DNA of 63,294 bases, the filler included, from Octopus bimaculoides (taxonomy: Eukaryota), in NCBI RefSeq assembly GCF_001194135.2. It is 7 parts of 7 records of this genome, joined end to end, with 100 filler letters (N's around TTAATTAATTAA, not from the genome) between each part and the next. Parts side by side here need not be neighbours in the genome. Positions count along the whole stretch, not along the records: positions 1 to 6,169 come from NC_068986.1; positions 6,270 to 22,018 come from NC_069006.1; 5 more parts are not named here. One strand, 5' to 3'. Below are positions 1 to 12,921 of this stretch, piece after piece. The position numbers and the translations under genes were made by a program. Position 1 is the first letter of the stretch; each line of letters opens with the position of its first letter. The notes below the pieces were generated by a model. The model ran no database searches, was not told where the DNA came from, and saw only the letters and a list, made by a program, of their open reading frames with translations.

Positions 1-42
1 ATATATATATATATATACAGAGAGAAAGTAAAAGAGAGAGGG

Positions 43-119
<77 letters not shown>

Positions 120-937
120 CGTTGGTAGGTAGGTAGGTAGGTAAACAGACTGGCAGGTAGACAGGCAGGCACATAGGCAGACAGACAGGAATGGATAGAT
201 ATACCTATATTACATTTATATACATTTACACATACATATATACACATATGTATATAGATTCACATATTTATACATGTATATATGTGTGTGTGTGTAGATA
301 TATATTATATGTATTCATACATGTGTATGTATGTATGTTTGTATATATGTATGCCTGTCCCTGGAGTAGCTGGTGAGTGTTTTATTACATCGGTGTCGAA
401 AATATTCCAACAGAGATATCATGTCTGTTCGCTGATAGCGTTCGCTAATTTCTCGTTGAGCTCCAGATATACGCTTACAATCCATGTTCACAACCTGCTT
501 AATCTATGCTAGTTTTTCATCGTCCAACATTAAGCCTAGGCAGACATTGATATTCAATATTGCTGGTGAGCGGTAAGGGAGAGGGATACTGCCTCTTTCA
601 GTCATCTCTCTCTCTCTTTCTCACTCTGTCGTGTTTTTCGCTTTCTCTCACGTTCTCATCCATTCCTTTAATAGTTTTATAAATAGATTATGTATTTAGG
701 CAGTTTTGAAGAATTTTGGACATCTTGATATTGTTCTAGTTCCTGCAGACAATTTGCGTATTTTCTGGTAGAATCGTTAGCACGCCCGACAAATTGCTTA
801 GCGGCATTTCTTTACGTTCTGAGTTCAAATTCTGCTAAGTTCGCCTTTGCATTTCATCATTTCATGAGAGTCGATGATAAGTTAATATCCGCTTCCATTA
901 AAAATCAGCTGGCTTTGAGCCATAATTATTATTGGTT

Positions 938-1147
938 TTCAAATTTTGGCACAAGGCCAGCAATTTTGGGGAAGGTGTAAGTTGATTACATCGATCCTAG
1001 TGCTCAACTGGTACTATTTTATCGACCCCGAAAGGATGAGAAGTAAAGTCGACCTCGGCAGAATTTGAACTCAGAACATAAAGACTGACAAAATGCCGCT
1101 ATGCAGTTTTCTCAGTGTGATAACGATTCTGCCAACTCATCGCCTTA
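938..1147 (-). mobile_element. Family B SINE. Other copies at about 770-900(+), 22535-22680(-), 28760-28945(-), 31750-31935(-), 31960-32130(-), 39000-39180(+), 44990-45110(-), 47220-47326(-), 48220-48430(-), 49650-49860(+), 52560-52705(-)
   Basis: Direct similarity to 41267-41483. Confidence 0.8.
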
Positions 1148-1164
1148 TATAATTATTATCATTA

Positions 1165-1400
1165 CAGTAATTCCTCGCCATATAGCGGTTCACTTATAGC
1201 GGTTCACTTATCGCGGTTTATTATTTAAGCTTACGACGATTCCTCTGTTGTGTTGTTTTACATTTAAGATAAAATAAATATATACAAATTATAAAAATAA
1301 TAAAAAAAATATACAGTACAGTATTGTTTCTACTTCGCGGATTTTCACTTATCGCGTGAGGTTTTGGAACGTAACGCCCGCGATAGTCGAGGCATTACTG
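1165..1400. mobile_element. Tc1/mariner (pogo/Tigger-like) MITE
   Basis: TIRs CAGTAATTCCTCG...CGAGGCATTACTG with TA on both sides (1163-1164, 1401-1402). A partial inverted copy lies at 15426-15550. Confidence 0.8.
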
Positions 1401-2854
1401 TATTATCATTTTGCACTAGTCATATGTTTATCCCATACTTTCACTGTATAAGCCGAGAGCAGTTCTGTGCACCTTTGAAACATACAACACGTTGGGAGAG
1501 TTTCCTTACTTTTCTACACTATTGGAAGTACTTGTACGTACGTCCAGTGGTGGTGGTGGTGCTGGTGGTGCTAGCGCTGGTGCGGGTGGTGTTGGTGCTG
1601 GTGCTGGTGGTGACAAACAATCTTCCGAGTGAACCAAGGAAACTATATTTTATTATTTTTCAAATTACTGACATTAGCTCTCGGTTGAAACTCTTTTGGC
1701 AGAGGTATCAGCTTTCTCAGTGACGAGCTGGGATTTGAACTTGGAACGTACAGAGTTGGGAACAGTTACCACAAGGCATCACATCCAACCCTCTCACATT
1801 TCCACTAACCACCCACCCTATACTGATACGTATTTTTTTATCCACCCCTGTATCCATCCCAGTCTAGACAGTGCGTTCTGGACCAAATTTATAATCTCTT
1901 CTATATCCTGTGTAGTATCTATCACCTCAGTAGCTTTACTGAAAATAGTCTCCATTTCCTTTCGCTCTGGAGGCTATTTAACCGCGCCATACGAACAATG
2001 GGATTCGTCGAAACCTGCAAATCATGGCGCAATGGATTTTTACTGGTTTAAACTTAGATTTTATGCTAACACGATAACGCCATGTAAAACAAAGAGGGGG
2101 GCCAGACTACTGTCGCAGGAACAAGTTAACACACAGCGCGATTCTTTCAGTTGAGTTTAACAGCAACGCATGCACGTTGTTTCCAGACAAGATTCATGAA
2201 TCGCGGATTGGGCTCTCCAAGAACGCGTTGCTTGCTCGCAGCGTGTGATTGTAATTCTGTCACCATTTATTGCCAATTCTGTAGGGATTTGAAAAGCCAG
2301 TTTAATAAATCTACACCATATAATCCTTGGTAAACAGTAGTTGACAAAGCACTCAATCAACTTAGCCTCTCTGTGTGAATGTGTGCATGTCTGTGTGTGT
2401 GTATATATGTGTGTGTGTGTGATGCGCGTGTGTGTGTACTTACATGCATATCTATATGTATATGTCTATATATGTGTAAATGTATGTATGCATATGTATG
2501 TGTAGGTATGTATCTATATAAACTTATATCTATGTATGTGTGTGTGTGATTGTAATACAGCCCTATTCAAAAGTGCACACATCCACGAACATACAAACAC
2601 GGATGCATGCACACAGGAGCACACACACATACAAACACACACACACACACATACACACACACACTAACAGCTATATATGTGCGTGTTGCGCATAACTATG
2701 GACATATGTACTTATGTCTATATGTGTGTAGGTGTAATATGTAAATATGTATATATATATAGCAATGTTATATATATATATATTGCAAATGTTTGTCGTC
2801 TTTATGTGTTTATATATATGTGTATGTGTGTGTGTGTGTAGGTGTAATATGTAA

Positions 2855-2892
<38 letters not shown>

Positions 2893-3766
2893 CAAATGTT
2901 TGTCGTCTTTATGTGTTTATATATATATGTGTATGTGTGTGTGTGTGTGCGTGTATGTGTGCGTGCGTGGGTATTTATATATACATATACATATACAAAT
3001 ATACACATACATACATCTATATAAAGATAGATATCAGTTTAAAGATCAGACGTAGTGCCAAAGAGGAAAATCTTCCTCCGCCATCATCGCCACCACGACT
3101 ACCAAACTCCTCACATCAGCGAGTGAGCGTACACAGGTAATGGCGGCCAACAAGTTACAAGGCGGAAGCGATGAGCGGAAATTCAAACATCACCTCCATT
3201 GATGACTGACTGCCTAGTAAATAATGCATTACGTTTAAACTGGGCTTCTTATCTGTTGCTTTTAAAATATGTAAATGCAATTACTTAGTGCCAAATATGT
3301 GAGCTTTGAAAATGTAAATTAAAAGCTGTATGTAACCTATCCTTTTGCATTCGCCGTACATGTACGATCATTCAACTATGCTATCGCAGTTCTTCATCTC
3401 TATCTCTGTAGTATATAGTTTGTCTTTGGAAGTGTGTATAAGCATGCACGCGAATGTCTTTCTGTCTGTCTGTCTATCAATTTATTTATCTATCTGTCTA
3501 ATTATCCATATATATGTAATGTGTGTGTGTCTATCTGTGTTTGTACGAATATGCATGTTTATATATGTGGATTCATGTGTATTGTGTGCATATATATGAG
3601 TTGTATATATGTATCTATTTATATATACATACCAGCATCCGTATATGTACAAAATGAACATTCATTTATAAATGTATACGTGTGACTTTATGCGAGTGTT
3701 TTCCTTTCTCCTAAATATATGTGTATGCAGTATATGTATGCACACGAACATCTCTATATGATATAC

Positions 3767-3815
<49 letters not shown>

Positions 3816-4128
3816 NNNNNNNNNNNNNNNNNNNNNNNNNNNNNNNNNNNNNNNNNNNNNNNNNNNNNNNNNNNNNNNNNNNNNNNNNNNNNNNNNNNNN
3901 NNNNNNNNNNNNNNNNNNNNNNNNNNNNNNNNNNNNNNNNNNNNNNNNNNNNNNNNNNNNNNNNNNNNNNNNNNNNNNNNNNNNNNNNNNNNNNNNNNNN
4001 NNNNNNNNNNNNNNNNNNATATATATATGTATATATATATATATATATACTGAGAGGTAATGCTTATCGCCACTTCATCTTGACTGTTTCGCAGGAAACG
4101 ATATAACTACCATTTTTAACCGTATATT

Positions 4129-4186
<58 letters not shown>

Positions 4187-4606
4187 AATATATATATATA
4201 TGTATGTATGTATATATGTATGTATGTATATATGTATGTATGTATGTATATACATATACACACATATATATGTAGTAAGTATGTGTGTGTTAAAAGTATT
4301 GATGTCGTTGAGTTTAATTTCACGACGTTTTTAATATTTTACTTTATGGAGGATTGGGGATCCGATATCTAAAATAGTACAATTAACATTACAAATTTCA
4401 TTATTACTATTAATATTAATTAATATAGTAGGTAGTAGGTAGTAGTAGTAGTAGTAGTAGTAGTGTTTGTTTTTCGAATCGCGCTTCTTATATTGTCCAG
4501 CCGTCATTAATTAAAACACGTTTGTCATTTGCTCATGTAAAAGCATTCAAGATAGTACGATCCAATACGTATGTGTGTATATATATGTGTGTTTGTTTAT
4601 GCATAT

Positions 4607-4641
<35 letters not shown>

Positions 4642-5488
4642 TATAACGCGCACACATATATAACGCGCACACATATAACGCACACACATGTACTCTTTTA
4701 CTCTTTTACTTGTTTCAGTCAGCTGACTGCGGCCATGCTGGAGCCCCACCTTTAGTCGAGCAAATCGACCCCAGGACTTATTCTTTGTAAGCCTGTGTGT
4801 GATTGTGTGTCTGNNNNNNNNNNNNNNNNNNNNNNNNNNNNNNNNNNNNNNNNNNNNNNNNNNNNNNNNNNNNNNNNNNNNNNNNNNNNNNNNNNNNNNN
4901 NNNNNNNNNNNNNNNNNNNNNNNNNNNNNNNNNNNNNNNNNNNNNNNNNNNNNNNNNNNNNNNNNNNNNNNNNNNNNNNNNNNNNNNNNNNNNNNNNNNN
5001 NNNNNNNNNNNNNNNNNNNNNNNNNNNNNNNNNNNNNNNNNNNNNNNNNNNNNNNNNNNNNNNNNNNNNNNNNNNNNNNNNNNNNNNNNNNNNNNNNNNN
5101 NNNNNNNNNNNNNNNNNNNNNNNNNNNNNNNNNNNNNNNNNNNNNNNNNNNNNNNNNNNNNNNNNNNNNNNNNNNNNNNNNNNNNNNNNNNNNNNNNNNN
5201 NNNNNNNNNNNNNNNNNNNNNNNNNNNNNNNNNNNNNNNNNNNNNNNNNNNNNNNNNNNNNNNNNNNNNNNNNNNNNNNNNNNNNNNNNNNNNNNNNNNN
5301 NNNNNNNNNNNNNNNNNNNNNNNNNNNNNNNNNNNNNNNNNNNNNNNNNNNNNNNNNNNNNNNNNNNNNNNNNNNNNNNNNNNNNNNNNNNNNNNNNNNN
5401 NNNNNNNNNNNNNNNNNNNNNNNNNNNNNNNNNNNNNNNNNNNNNNNNNNNNNNNNNNNNNNNNNNNNNNNNNNNNNNNNNNNNNNNN

Positions 5489-5535
<47 letters not shown>

Positions 5536-5589
5536 GGATGTGCGCGCGCGCGCGTGTGTGTGTGTAGCAAGTGATTTGATCTAATCATT

Positions 5590-6127
5590 TGTGAATAAAT
5601 GTTGCTAATAGCGCATCCACTAGACCTCCAAGAGACATAGTGCAGTCTGGATCCTGTATTAACGGGAGTGGATGCTGCAAGCTTTGCATAGCTGAGCGAG
5701 CAATGATCGTCAAAGACTCCCTGGACGCAGGATTATTGAATTCACGGCAAGAAATTTGCACCCCCTGCATCTATTTCAAACGTTACCTACTGCAAGCATG
5801 GGATTCCCCATTCATCGATTAGATCCGAAAAGGTCCTTTCGAGCAAAATGCAACCTACTTCCTCGTTCACCTTGACCCATATGGACTGGTTTAAGGAAGA
5901 TTAACCATCCTCATCGACCAGATTGTTTATTCTTTGTTTACTTACTAACTGACCGTAACAGATTCCTACCTCCGAGGTTAGAGGAACTACACGGCCTTTG
6001 GTTTTAGAGTCTGACGAATCATCCATGGGCTAAGCCCTTTATGGATGCGAAACCATTGGTCACTTTATGAGCGGATATTTACTTAACTGCATAGAGTGTG
6101 CTTCTTTTGCAGATATATGATACACCG

Positions 6128-6130
<3 letters not shown>
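5590..6130 (+). mobile_element. Penelope-like element 3' end (GIY-YIG C-terminus and pLTR)
   Basis: CKLCIAERAMIV...LLNSRQEICTPC resembles the PLE C-terminal C.LC..EK..I...LLN.R.E...C motif, and is followed by a hammerhead motif. Confidence 0.7.
6005..6067 (+). ncRNA. Type I hammerhead ribozyme motif in a Penelope-like terminus
   Basis: UAGAGU-CUGACGA-AU-CAUCCAU-GGGC-UAA-GCCC-UUU-AUGGAUG-C-GAAA-CC-AUU-GG-UC|ACUUUA. Intact core, GUC cleavage triplet, stems I-III can form. Confidence 0.65.
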
Positions 6131-6169
<39 letters not shown>

Positions 6170-6269
6170 NNNNNNNNNNNNNNNNNNNNNNNNNNNNNNN
6201 NNNNNNNNNNNNNTTAATTAATTAANNNNNNNNNNNNNNNNNNNNNNNNNNNNNNNNNNNNNNNNNNNN
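6170..6269. other. Artificial 100-bp join linker N44-TTAATTAATTAA-N44. The same 12-mer recurs at 22063, 33961, 47371, 50888 and 61954
   Basis: The same 12-mer, which puts stops in all six frames, is centred in N runs of identical length six times. Confidence 0.95.
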
Positions 6270-6609
6270 TATATATATATATATATATATATACATATCT
6301 ATATATGTATATGCATATATGTATATATGTATATATATGTATATAGATATATACATTCACACATATATGTATATACATACATATACATATATATATATAG
6401 ATAATATATATATCATATGTTATATATATATATACATATATATATATGTACATATAAATATGCATACATGTATTCATATAGATGTATATATATGTGTGTG
6501 TTTGTGTATATACGTATATATAAACATACACATATATATATACATGTATGCGTATATATAGATTAATATATAAGTAATCATATGTACCATATGTCTATCT
6601 ATCTATCTA

Positions 6610-6646
<37 letters not shown>

Positions 6647-6752
6647 GCATCCTGTCTATATGCCTATGTATGAACAACTGTAGAGCGTTTATGTGTGTGT
6701 GCGCTCGTGCATCTACACACATGTGTTCTGTCAGCCATTATCAGTCTGTCTA

Positions 6753-7061
6753 TTAGACTGATGAGGTCATACCAATCGGCCATTTTCCCACGATGTCAGC
6801 CTTACAGTTTCTACTGTCGTTGTTACTGCTGCTGCTACTGCTGCTACCGCTGCTGTTTCTGTTGCTACTGTTGTTGTTGTCGTCTCCACATGCCAACTGT
6901 GCGAAGATTGCAGGCATTGCTGTCACATGTTGCCTGCATGTTGAATAAGAAACTAAGGAAATGTAACCTGCTGCACTTGTTGCTGCTTCTGTCTGCAACT
7001 TCCTTTTAGTTGCCACTAACGCCGCCATCTTGATATCATTTAGCGTCCATTCGGTAGCCAT
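6753..7061 (-). CDS. Candidate coding exon or ORF (MATEWTLNDIKMAALVATKRK...), 102 aa
   Basis: AAAC-ATG-G start context, internal YY1-like CAAGATGGCGGC, Asn/Ser runs, possible donor ACT|GTAAGG at 6806/6805. No family recognised. Confidence 0.3.
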   Translation of the reverse strand: MATEWTLNDIKMAALVATKRKLQTEAATSAAGYISLVSYSTCRQHVTAMPAIFAQLACGDDNNNSSNRNSSGSSSSSSSNNDSRNCKADIVGKWPIGMTSSV

Positions 7062-8291
7062 GTTTCTTGTTTTTTTTTTCTTTCTGCAGTTGCAGTAGTC
7101 GTTGTCATATTGTCTCTAGAGTGGTATACGTACTGGAGTGAGCATGCGGCCCGTGGCAATACTTAATGCGACTTCCGACTCGGTTTATATCCAATGTTAT
7201 CTGCCTTTCTTTTTTGTTGTTGTTGTTGTTTGTTTCAATCAACGGACTCTGGCCATGCTAGGGCACAGCTATAAAAGATTTAGTTGAAGAAATCGACCAC
7301 AGTACGTAATTTCTTTTTAAAGTATGGTAACATTCTGCCAGATCTTTTGCTAAACCACTAGGTTACGGGGATGTAATCAAACCAACACTGATTGTCAATT
7401 GGTATGTAGGTATGGCAATTGCAAATACACTCACATACACACACACACTCTCTTTCACACACACACACACACTCTCTCACACACACGCACTCTCTCACAC
7501 ACACGCACTCTCTCTCACACACACACTCTCTCTCTCACACACACACTCTCTCTCTCTCGCCCTCTCTCTCTCTCGCACACTTACACACACATACATATGG
7601 CGGATTTCCTCACAGTCTATATCTATCAAATTCACTCACAAAGCATTTGTCAGACCGAGGCTATAGTTAAAGACATTTTACCCAAGATGCCGCACAGTGT
7701 GACCGAACCCGACACCACGTAGTTGCAAAGTAAGTTTCTTAACCACACAGCCATGCCTGTGCCTACTTCATGAATTATTTTCAGTGAAATTTTTCTTCGT
7801 AGTAGCAGATGTAGTGTTTGTGTAGCGGTAGAGTGGTAGGGATCATGGCAGTAGTGGTTATGGTAAGTCTAATAGTGCTGGTGGTAGTTGCTGTGGTGGT
7901 GTTAGTGGATGAAGTGGTAGCGGTGCTGGAGGTGGTGATTTATCTATCGTATAGGAATTCATGAAGGCAACGCTAGTGGTGATGTTAGTTGCGCTTATGA
8001 TAGCGATGGCGGTGTTATTTTAGTAGAGGTGGGCGAGGGTGGTGGCAGAGGCGGGGGAGCGGGGTCGGAGTTGGGGATGGAGTCGGGTGGGGGCAGTTAA
8101 AAATCTCGGACACTGAACAATCATTGCATGGTAGAGAAGAATTAAAATAGAAATTTTTTTAAATGTGTGAAATCTTATCAAATAAAAAATAAGGAACATT
8201 CAGGAACATTCTTCGAAAACATTTAGACATTTATTGCGAGAGACGATTGTAGCAGTGTAGAGGAGGGGTGTTATATATATATATATGTGTG

Positions 8292-8349
<58 letters not shown>

Positions 8350-8380
8350 TACATATATATATATATACATATATATATAC

Positions 8381-8412
<32 letters not shown>

Positions 8413-8414
8413 GC

Positions 8415-8456
<42 letters not shown>

Positions 8457-8474
8457 ATATATACATATATATAC

Positions 8475-8508
<34 letters not shown>

Positions 8509-8575
8509 ATGTATACATAAATGTGTGTGTGTGTATATACATATGTGCGTGAGTGTATGTATATATATATACGTA

Positions 8576-8618
<43 letters not shown>

Positions 8619-8869
8619 AGAGAGGGAGAGAGAGAGATGAAGAGAGGGAGAGAGAGAGAGAGAGAGAGAGGAAGTGAAAGAGAAAAAGATATTGGTAAGA
8701 AGAAAGGAAGGAAGTGAAAAAGTTAGAAACAAAGCCGCCATTATATAAAATGGACGTTGATTTGATGAAGAACCATTCAATGTCTGAATTTCAAATAAAT
8801 CCAAAAATATCTCTGAAATTATCTGTGAGACATCACCAATTTTATTAGACAATAAACACTAAATAATAG

Positions 8870-9878
8870 TAATTGCATTGTTTTCTTTCTTTTCTTTCTC
8901 TCTTTCTGCCTTTCTTTTTTATTCCTTCCTTTCTTTCCTCTTTCCTTCTATCTATCTATCTGTCTTATTTTTCTTTTCATCCATGCTTCTTTCTTATTTC
9001 TCGCCCCTTATTTTTCTTTCTTTTCTTCTCTCTTTCTTTCCTTTCTTCCTTTATTTCCTTTTCTCTTTCTTTCTTTCTTTCTTTCTTCCTTTATTTCCTT
9101 TTCTCTTTCTTTCTTCCCTCTTATTCTTTCCTTCATTTCTTCTTTCTCTCTTTGTTTCTCTCATTCTTTCTTTCTTTCTTTCTTTCTTTCTGTCGTTTCC
9201 TTTCTTTCATTTCTCAATCCTTCCTTCCTTCCTACTTTTTTTCCTTTTTCCCGCCGGCCAGTGAAAGAGATTAAAATACGCTCCTTGTTCGTCCAATGCT
9301 GTCAGGGTTGACGGCAAACCACAACTAAAGCGATATATTCGAGATCATCATTCTAGATAAAAAAAAAGAAAAAAAAAGAAGCACACAAAAGGAAAAAAAA
9401 ATCTACATCAATTAATAAATCATAAATTAAAAATAAAATGAAATAAACAAGTCTTGAACGTAGTCGACAAGAAATTTATTGATGTTTTCGTACTTCCAAG
9501 AGTTTCCTGTAAAATATATTTTTGTTTCGTTTAGAACAGAAAAAAAAATCGAAACAAACGAATAAAATGTTTCTCCCTCTCTCACTTTCCCTCTTTCTCT
9601 CAGTCTTTCCCTCTGTCTTCCTCTCTTTCTGTCTGTCTCGGTCCTTCTCAGTCTGTCAGTCATATTTGCTACGTTATTCCATTCCTCTCTCTCTCTCTTG
9701 GTTTATCTCTCTCCCTCACGCTTTTTCAGTTTCTCACTCTCTCACTCTCTCTCATTCTCTGTCTCTGTTCTTCTCTTTCAATCTCTTAGTTTCTCTTTCT
9801 CTGTCTCTCTAACTCAGTCTCTCACCTCTCAATTTCTCTTTCAGTCTCTTAGGCTGTAAGTCTCTCTCTCTCTCTTTT

Positions 9879-9909
<31 letters not shown>

Positions 9910-9980
9910 TCTCTCTCTCTTTTCTCTCTCTCTTTTCTCTCTCTCTCTCTTTTTCTCTCTCTCTCTCTCTTTCTCTCTCA

Positions 9981-10073
<93 letters not shown>

Positions 10074-10340
10074 AGTTTCTCATTTTCCCAATCTCTCAGC
10101 CTCTGTTCTCCTTTCTCAGTTTCTCATTTCTCCCTCTCTCACACTTTCCCTCCTTTTCTTAGTCTTCCTATCTTTCTGTCTGTCTCTCTGTCATCGTCTT
10201 TCTCCCCCAGTCCCTCTCTCTCTCTCTCTCCGTCTCACTGCTTTTCTCTCTCTGTCAACTTTCACTTTGTCTTTGTTCCTCTCAGACTCACTCCCCCTTT
10301 CCCCCTCCCCTTCCCCTCCCATCTCCCTCCCCTCCCCCTC
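8870..10340. repeat. Long polypyrimidine/polypurine low-complexity tract ((TTTC)n, (CT)n)
   Basis: Visible composition. Other microsatellites (TA, CA, TAGA, TATG, AAT, GAT, CAG) occur throughout the window. Confidence 0.9.
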
Positions 10341-10591
10341 TCTCTCTTCAAAATACGTTTTCCCGCCTATACACACGTTTGATGCCTTTGCACAAACATC
10401 AATACCAGCATCCACCTTGCTCTTGTCAACTCATAGGCTTCATAAATACACTTATTCGTCCCCTCCCCCACGCACATGCTCTCATTTCTTCATTTATACG
10501 CTTGTACGCTCCCCACCTAAAAATTACACCACCACCATCATACCACCGCCACCATACTTCCACGCATCCACACACCTATATATATACTTCA

Positions 10592-10633
10592 CTAACCCTA
10601 ACCCTAACCCTAACCCTAACCCTAACCCTAACC
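10592..10633. repeat. Interstitial telomeric repeat (CTAACC)7, i.e. TTAGGG type
   Basis: Seven perfect hexamers. Confidence 0.95.
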
Positions 10634-11226
10634 CTTACTCCCGTTCCCAAACTCAGATTCTGATATATGCATTTACACACATGTTGCTTCTCCCTTTATC
10701 AACTCTTCCCTAGAACAGCAAACCCCTGTTTTCTAAATTTCTAAACCTTCACCTCCCTCCTCGGGTCATCTTTCTTTCCCCCCGCTTCTCTTTATCATTC
10801 TCCCTATGCTTCTTTCTTTTTTTTCTTTTCTTCTGATGAAGGACTTCCGTCTGAAAAGTCGAGCACTCTCTTTTTCCATTGTAACATTAAACTAACATGA
10901 CATTTGTCAAAATTTTGTTTTTTCTGTGTTTTCTCCTTAATATTTATAGTCATTGCACTACACTACACACACACACACACAAACATACTCACGTGTAACT
11001 ATACCTCAATGGTTAAGGCGTTCCCTTTACAACCTTGCGGCTTCGGGTTCACCCCTACTGCGCGGCACGTTGGGAGAATGTCTACTGCTCTAGTTACGGG
11101 CTGATCAATGTTCTTTGAGTAAATTTGGCCGATGGAAACTGCGTGGAAGCTTGTCATATGTATGTGCATTATATGCATATATTAGTATGTTCTATCTATC
11201 TATCTATCTATCTATCTATGTATATA

Positions 11227-12035
11227 GCACCTACCTGCTAGAAATAGGAGTTAAAACCCTAAGTAAACCACCAATAACACTGAAAAATACAGCAGAAAAC
11301 AACAGTATTCGGGCGAACGGGTAAAGAATTTAGACATACCAACAGAGCTAAATGCTATATGTTCTGGCATTTGGATACTCTTGTATCCTCAAATCTCATC
11401 AGCAAGATTTACCAACTGAAAAAAATTCAAACTCGTCACGTTGAAGTCTGCCTGCATTCTGAATTGTTTGGCGCCAAAATCAGAACAGCTTCAGTGTAAA
11501 TATATTAAAGAGTAAACATTCAAATGTGAACATTTATATAGATATTATTATATATGTACCCTTTTGTTAAATATAAATTTTAATTCTGTAGCTATCTAAC
11601 GCTAATTAAATGCTTGCAACCATCTATATTATTGTTGTTATTATTATGAATTATTTATATTTACCGCAGATAATAATAACAATAGCAATATCTATATAAA
11701 TATTCACATTTGAATATTTACTCGTTATAAATATATTTACACAGAATCTGTTCTCATTTTGGTGCAAAACTGTTTAGAACACTGGCAGACTTCTACGTGA
11801 TGAGTTTGAATTTTTTCACTTGGTAAATTTTGCTGATGAGAGTTTAAGAATTTTTCGCCAGAACTCGAAATCATGATACAAGAGCATCCAAGTGCTAGAA
11901 TATGTAACATTTAACTGTGATGGTACGTCTAAATTCTTTACCCGTTCGCCCGAATACTGCTGTTTTCTGGTGTATTTTTCAGTTTTATTGGTGGTTTACC
12001 TGGAGTTTTAACTCCTATTTCTAGCAGGTAGGCGC
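11227..12035. mobile_element. Foldback element or MITE with ~320-bp inverted arms
   Basis: GCACCTACCTGCTAGAAATAGGAGTTAAAA... versus ...TTTTAACTCCTATTTCTAGCAGGTAGGCGC. Arm similarity continues to about 11550/11690. Confidence 0.8.
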
Positions 12036-12090
12036 CTCACGTGCCCTTTTGATAAATAAATAAATATATATATATATATGTATATGTATG

Positions 12091-12156
<66 letters not shown>

Positions 12157-12189
12157 GAGAGAGAGATGATAGCAGTAATATAGGTAATA

Positions 12190-12500
12190 TAGTTAAATAC
12201 AAAATGTCGGCGCGGTGACCTCTCCCAGTCGGAATCATAAATACGTGATCATAGCGGATTAGGATAAACCTTAATCTCACGTGACCTTACTCAGTCACTT
12301 AACCTTCACACTCTGATTTAAATAGCTGCAACAGCTTCCGGCAGCCATCTTGCCAACTCAGCGCAATCCTAATGATGAAATAACATTCCGTTAGTTCGGT
12401 TACATATGCGCACATTAATGCGTACATGTGGAGATGCGCGCACGCGCACACACAATGCCACTTCACTCCACGCCCCTCACCCACTCTACCCGTACACAAA
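12190..12500 (-). promoter_or_regulatory. Putative promoter and first non-coding exon
   Basis: CpG-rich patch with E-box TCACGTGAC 12277-12285, ETS CTTCCGG 12335-12341, YY1 GCCATCTTG 12344-12352, KLF/Sp CCACGCCCC 12468-12476. Minus-strand donor TGA|GTAAGG at 12291/12290. Confidence 0.4.
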
Positions 12501-12833
12501 ACGTAACTAGAATGTATAAATGTGTACTTATGTATACATAAACACATACATATATATACAGATACACCCAAACTAGAAAGATTAGACATGGGCAAAGACA
12601 CGCGCGCACATACACAAGCACACACACACATATACATGTATGTATGTATATATATATATATATTTATATATGTATATATCTATATATAAGATAGGGAAGG
12701 CCGGTTTATGGGATTACCCTCCTCCGGATTTATGTTTTCTACCAACGATCTCATGAACCGTTCTTCCCCAGTGAAATATATACTGTTCTATATCTTAGAG
12801 CGTCCTTCTTCTCCGAATTTATGTTTTCTACAT

Positions 12834-12874
<41 letters not shown>

Positions 12875-12921
12875 CAATAATAAATCTCTGAGCGAGATGC
12901 AAACAGCAGCAGCACGACATC

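Noticed and set aside
6214-6225. TTAATTAATTAA as a homeodomain site or biological repeat
   Set aside because: Always centred in a fixed 100-bp N linker, so it is synthetic.
6758-6790. CTGATGAG as a hammerhead core
   Set aside because: No downstream stem II-GAAA-UH arrangement.
8030-8100. G-rich tract as a G-quadruplex
   Set aside because: Two loops are 8 nt and it lies at the end of a degenerate GGT repeat, with no functional context.
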